From an uncultured Acidobacteriota bacterium (GTDB lineage Bacteria; Acidobacteriota; Vicinamibacteria; Vicinamibacterales; Fen-181): a stretch of DNA of 64,000 nucleotides. A model generated the notes under the pieces. The model was not told the origin of the DNA and did no database searches. It saw nothing but the letters and a program-made list of their open reading frames with translations. The DNA lies in assembly GCA_963813585.1 (NCBI GenBank), contig CAWEZL010000001.1, positions 866,791-930,790 on the forward strand. Direction: 5' to 3'. Position numbers and translations under genes: made by a program. Of this stretch, positions 60,079 through 64,000 are shown in pieces (position 1 is the stretch's first letter; each line of letters begins with the position of its first letter).

Positions 60079-61358
60079 ACGGATCACTCGCAGGGGATTC
60101 CTCTCGCGGTCGTCGCTCGCGGCGGCGGCGGTGATGGCGGCGCCCGAAGGACGCTTCCAGCCGCTGCCGGGCCAGACCGACGCGGACGTGTTTGCGGCGG
60201 CGCGGCGGCGCCTCCTCTTTCCCGAGAGCGTCACCTACTGCAACACCGGCACGCTCGGCGCCTCGCCACGCGAAGTCGTGGACGCGCTGAACCAGGGGCT
60301 CGAGCGAGTCGAACGCGAGCTGCCCGACTGGCCGTACTTCCAGGCCGACGGCGAGCCGCTCACCGGCTACCAGGAGCTGAAGGAGGCCCGCGCCGTGGTC
60401 GGCCGGATGATCGGCGCCGCCGTCGACGAGGTCGCCATCACCCTCAACGCGACGACGGGCATGAACTTCCTGGCGAACGGCCTGGACCTGCAGGCGGGCG
60501 ACGAGGTGCTGACGACCGATCAGGAGCACAGCGGCGGGATCGGCGGGTGGCGCCTTCGGGCGAAGCGGCACGGGATCGTCCTGCGCGAGCTGCCGCTCGG
60601 TCCGGCCGCTCGAGGCGCGGCCCCGAGGCGATCGTGCGCCTGTTCGCGGAGGCGATCACGCCGCGCACGCGGGTGATCATGTTCAGCCATATCACCTCGG
60701 GGCTGGGAATCCTGATGCCGGCGCGCGAGCTGTGCAGCGCTGGCGCACGCGCACGGCGTGCTGTCGGTCGTGGACGGCGCGCAGGTGCTGGGGCAGCGTG
60801 CGCTGGACGTGAAGGCGATTGGCTGCGACGCGTACGTCTCGAGCCCGCACAAGTGGCTGCTGGCGCCGAAGGGGACCGGGCGTGCTCTACATCAGCCGCG
60901 ACGTGCAGCGGCGATTCTGGGTGACGCTGGCCAGCGGGCGCATCGAGCCGGACGACACGGGCGCCTTCCGGTTCATGCAGTACGGCACCGGCAGCGTGCC
61001 GGTCGTGGACGGCCTGCTCGCCGCGATCCGCTTCATCGAGGCGATCGGCGTCGAGCGGATCCAGCGGTGGGATCTGCTGCTGGCGAACCGCCTGCGCGAC
61101 GGCCTGGCGGGCATCAGGAAGGTGCGCCTGGCATCGCCCGCGGACCGGCGCCTCATGTCGGCGATCACCACGTTCAGCGTGAGCGGCGCAACCGGGCGCG
61201 AGCTGCAGGATGTGCTGTGGGCGAGGAGGATCCGCGTTCGCGCGCAGGGGCAGACGCTGGACCGGCCCGTCCGCTTGTCGGCTCACCTCTACGTCGCCCC
61301 GGCCGACATCGACCGGGTCGTGGAGGTGGTGGCGGTCCTCGCCGGCACCGGGTCGTGA
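60062..61358 (+). pseudogene. Tat-signal class V aminotransferase / cysteine-desulfurase-like PLP enzyme, three frameshifts
   Basis: ITRRGFLSRSSLAAAAV (Tat motif), YCNTGTLGASP, LTTDQEHSGG (ORF 60020), then IVRLFAEAITPRTRVIMFSHITSGLGILMP (ORF 60004), then VVDGAQVLGQ...AYVSSPHKWLLAPKGTG (ORF 60758, PLP-Lys), then VLYISRD... to 61358 (ORF 60819). Shifts lie near 60600, 60735 and 60885. Confidence 0.75.
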
Positions 61359-61428
61359 AACCGCGACGAACTCGGGGTCTGCCCCCTCGACAGCCAACGC
61401 GGAAGGCGGTGGCGCCGTCTAAGGCAGC

Positions 61429-63906
61429 ATGCGATCCCTGCTCCAGGACGTCGGCTACTTCCTGCGAACGATTCCGAAGGCGCCGGGCTTCTTTGCCGTG
61501 GCGGTGCTGACGCTGGCGCTCGGCATCGGCGCCAATACCGCCATCTTCTCGGTCATCAACGCGGTCCTGCTGCGGCCGCTGCCGTTCGACGAGCCCGACC
61601 GCCTCGTGCGCCTCTTCCAGACCGAAGCGGCCCCTGGCAACTACCCCTTCACCGGCCCCGACTACCTCGACTGGCAGGCGCAGAACAAGACCCTCGAAGG
61701 CATGTCGCTCTTCGCGTGGTACAGCCGCGTGAACGTCAGCGGCGGCGGGCAGCCCGAGTCCGCGCTGGCGATCGATGCCGAGGCCGATTTCTTTACGGTT
61801 CTCGGCGCCAGGCCGCTGATCGGGCGCGGCTTCGCGCCGGGCGAGGACGCCGCCGGCGGCGCGCACGTCGCGGTGATCAGCTACGGATTCTGGCAGCGGC
61901 ACTTCGGCGGCGACGCCGCGATCCTCGGCAAACGGGTCCAGCTCAACTCCGAGACCCACACCGTCGTGGGCGTCATGCCCGCCTGGTTCAACTACCCGCG
62001 GAACACCGAGGTCTGGACGCCGCTCGACATGTCGCCGCAGAGTCTGGGATCGCGCGGGTCGCACAGCTACCAGGCGTTCGGCCGGCTGAAGCGCGGCGTC
62101 AGCGTCGCCCAGGCGCAGGCAGACCTGGCGGTCATCGCGAAGCGGCTCGAGCAGCAGTACCCCGACAGCAACGAGAAGGTTGGGGCGTCGGTCGCGTCGA
62201 TGAAGGAGCAGCTGACGCGGGGCACCCGCGAGCCGCTGTTGATCCTGCTTGGGGCGGTCGGGCTCGTCCTGCTCGTGGCGTGCGCGAACGTCGCGAACCT
62301 GCTGCTGATCCGGGCCAGTGGGCGGCGCCGCGAGCTGGCCATCCGCGCCGCGCTCGGGGCCGGGCGCTGGCGGGTCGTGCGCCAACTGCTGACCGAGAGC
62401 CTCCTGCTCGCCGGCGCCGGCGCTGCCGCGGGGCTGGCGGCGGCCTGGTGGGGCGTCCGGCTGCTGCGCTCGGTGAAGTCCCTGCCGATCCCGCTGGTGA
62501 ACCCGGTGCAGATCGACGTGTCGGTGCTGCTGTTCACCCTCGGCGCCGCCGTCATCACCGGCCTGCTGTTTGGCGTGCTGCCGGCGCTGCAGGCCTCGGG
62601 GATCGCGCTCGGCGAGGAGCTGAAGTCGGGCAGCCAGACGGTTGGCGGCGCCGGCAGCCGGGCGCGCCGCGTCCGGGACGCGATCGCGGTGGCCGAGATC
62701 GCCCTCTCGCTCGCCTTGCTGGTGGGCGCCGGACTGCTGCTCCGAAGCTTCGACGGGATGCGCCGCGCCGAGACGGGCGTGGATGCGCGCGGAGTGCTCA
62801 CCTTCACCCTCAACCTGCCGGCGTCGGTGTACGACGGCGCGGTGGCCCGCCGGTCGTTCTTCGATCATCTCGCCGGGCGCCTGCGATCCACGCCGGGGGT
62901 GCAGGCCGTGGCGTTCTCGACGCAGATTCCGCTGGAGGGCGGGAGCAACGGCTACATCACGGTCCCCGGGCGAGAGGATGCCGCGCTCAAGAATCAGCTC
63001 TTCGAGTGGAACTACGCGTCGCCCGACTACTTCCGGGCGTTCGGGATTCGCCTGCTTCAGGGGCGGAGCTTCACCGCGAAGGACGAGGACGAGGCCGCCG
63101 AGGTCGCGCGCAAGGCGGACGAGGCGTTCTCCTTGCCGACGCCCCGGATCGACAACCTGAAGGGCCTCTCGTGGCCCGCCGTCGTCAACCAGACGATGGC
63201 GCGCCTGGTGTGGCCCAAGGACGGGGCGATCGGGAGGACGTTCACGATGGGCGGAGCGCTGACCGTCCGCGTGATCGGCGTGGTCGCGGACGTCAAGGTC
63301 AGGGGGATCCGCAGCGCGAGCCTTCCACAGGCCTACCTCCCGTTTGCGGCCTCGCTGGGCGACCCCTGGGGGCGATACGTGGACGTCAGGGCCTCGGTCC
63401 CCCCGGCGAGCCTGCTGGGGGCCGTTCGTTCCCACGTCAACGCGCTGGATCCGGCGCTCGCGATCATCGATCCGCGCACGATGGATGACGTCCTGGCGGA
63501 CGACATGATGGACACGAGCCTGCAGACCTGGCTGCTGGCGATCTTCGCCGCGCTGGCCGTGGTGCTCGCCGGGGTGGGGCTCTATAGCGTGATGGCGTTC
63601 CTCGTCGCCCAGCGCCGACACGAAATCGGCATCCGGACGGCGCTGGGCGCCGGCCAGGGCCAGTTGCTCCGGCTCGTCCTGGGGCATGGCGCCAAGCTGA
63701 TCGTCGGCGGTGTGCTCGTGGGGCTGGGGGCCGCACTGTGGTTGTCCCGCCTCCTCCGTGGCCTGCTGTTCGGCGTGGAGTCCCACGACGTCTGGACCTT
63801 TGCGGCGGTGTCCTTCCTGCTAGTGATCGTCGCCCTCGCCGCCTGCGCGATCCCCGCCCGCCGTGCGACGCGGGTGGACCCCATCGTGGCCCTGCGCTAC
63901 GAATAG
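61429..63906 (+). CDS. ADOP-family (MacB-like, duplicated FtsX) permease, copy 4, intact
   Basis: 825 aa. N-terminus MRSLLQDVGYFLRTIPKAPGFFAVAVLTLALGIGANTAIFS. C-terminus RVDPIVALRYE. Confidence 0.9.
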   Translation: MRSLLQDVGYFLRTIPKAPGFFAVAVLTLALGIGANTAIFSVINAVLLRPLPFDEPDRLVRLFQTEAAPGNYPFTGPDYLDWQAQNKTLEGMSLFAWYSRVNVSGGGQPESALAIDAEADFFTVLGARPLIGRGFAPGEDAAGGAHVAVISYGFWQRHFGGDAAILGKRVQLNSETHTVVGVMPAWFNYPRNTEVWTPLDMSPQSLGSRGSHSYQAFGRLKRGVSVAQAQADLAVIAKRLEQQYPDSNEKVGASVASMKEQLTRGTREPLLILLGAVGLVLLVACANVANLLLIRASGRRRELAIRAALGAGRWRVVRQLLTESLLLAGAGAAAGLAAAWWGVRLLRSVKSLPIPLVNPVQIDVSVLLFTLGAAVITGLLFGVLPALQASGIALGEELKSGSQTVGGAGSRARRVRDAIAVAEIALSLALLVGAGLLLRSFDGMRRAETGVDARGVLTFTLNLPASVYDGAVARRSFFDHLAGRLRSTPGVQAVAFSTQIPLEGGSNGYITVPGREDAALKNQLFEWNYASPDYFRAFGIRLLQGRSFTAKDEDEAAEVARKADEAFSLPTPRIDNLKGLSWPAVVNQTMARLVWPKDGAIGRTFTMGGALTVRVIGVVADVKVRGIRSASLPQAYLPFAASLGDPWGRYVDVRASVPPASLLGAVRSHVNALDPALAIIDPRTMDDVLADDMMDTSLQTWLLAIFAALAVVLAGVGLYSVMAFLVAQRRHEIGIRTALGAGQGQLLRLVLGHGAKLIVGGVLVGLGAALWLSRLLRGLLFGVESHDVWTFAAVSFLLVIVALAACAIPARRATRVDPIVALRYE

Positions 63907-64000
63907 CCGACCCCGAAATGGGGGTTGACTGGGTCGTGTGGGTCATTGAACCATATGTGACCGGATGACGATTCCCGAGGACGGCGGGAAGTTCTGGGAC

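Noticed and set aside
63965-64000. Possible gene start (ATGACGATTCCCGAGGACGGCGGGAAGTTCTGGGAC) at the window edge
   Set aside because: Only 12 codons are visible, which is too little to support a call.

Overview
Very high-G+C bacterial chromosomal segment (G+C not computed). It is most likely from an Acidobacteriota-like organism. That inference rests only on gene content: four ADOP-type 'orphan' MacB/FtsX permeases of about 810-825 aa, PEGA-domain proteins, and a TIGR02999-like ECF sigma factor coupled to a Ser/Thr kinase. I support about 50 protein-coding genes, one tRNA-Ser(GCU), no rRNA and no CRISPR array.

Gene content is mostly housekeeping, metabolic and envelope functions:
- Central metabolism and translation: fhs, an aldehyde:ferredoxin oxidoreductase with its ferredoxin, a glutamine synthetase-like gene, gltX, an EfpL-type EF-P paralog, and thiolase.
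- Envelope lipids: an MprF-like aminoacyl-PG synthase with a separate flippase gene.
- Stress: KatE, a DUF892 protein and a KGG-repeat protein.
- DNA repair: a stand-alone NHEJ ligase and a stand-alone polymerase domain.
- Sugar use: a ROK/SIS/MFS operon.
- Signalling: a PAS-GGDEF-EAL protein.

The observations most worth a second look:
1. Three families of short palindromic repeats. One family flanks a RAYT-type Y1 transposase in inverted orientation (a REPtron). Another has a copy sitting in-frame inside a glycoside-hydrolase ORF.
2. A roughly 924-aa four-domain membrane fusion (CrtC-like / ICMT-like / PAP2_C-like / Lgt).
3. A co-directional signalling cluster of pseudokinase-PEGA protein, TPR/TonB_C-like protein, ECF sigma factor and Ser/Thr kinase, with overlapping stop/start codons within two of the gene pairs.
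4. A visibly lower-G+C stress island ending at an integrase remnant next to tRNA-Ser.
5. A patchy distribution of frameshifts. About 45 shifts fall in five clusters hitting fhs, AOR, glutamine synthetase, a two-component system and an aminotransferase, while 2-6 kb stretches between them are clean. The shifts I could localise sit in short G runs. This looks more like local consensus error than decay, but it needs read-level checking.

All family assignments come from motif recognition by eye. Frameshift positions are approximate.
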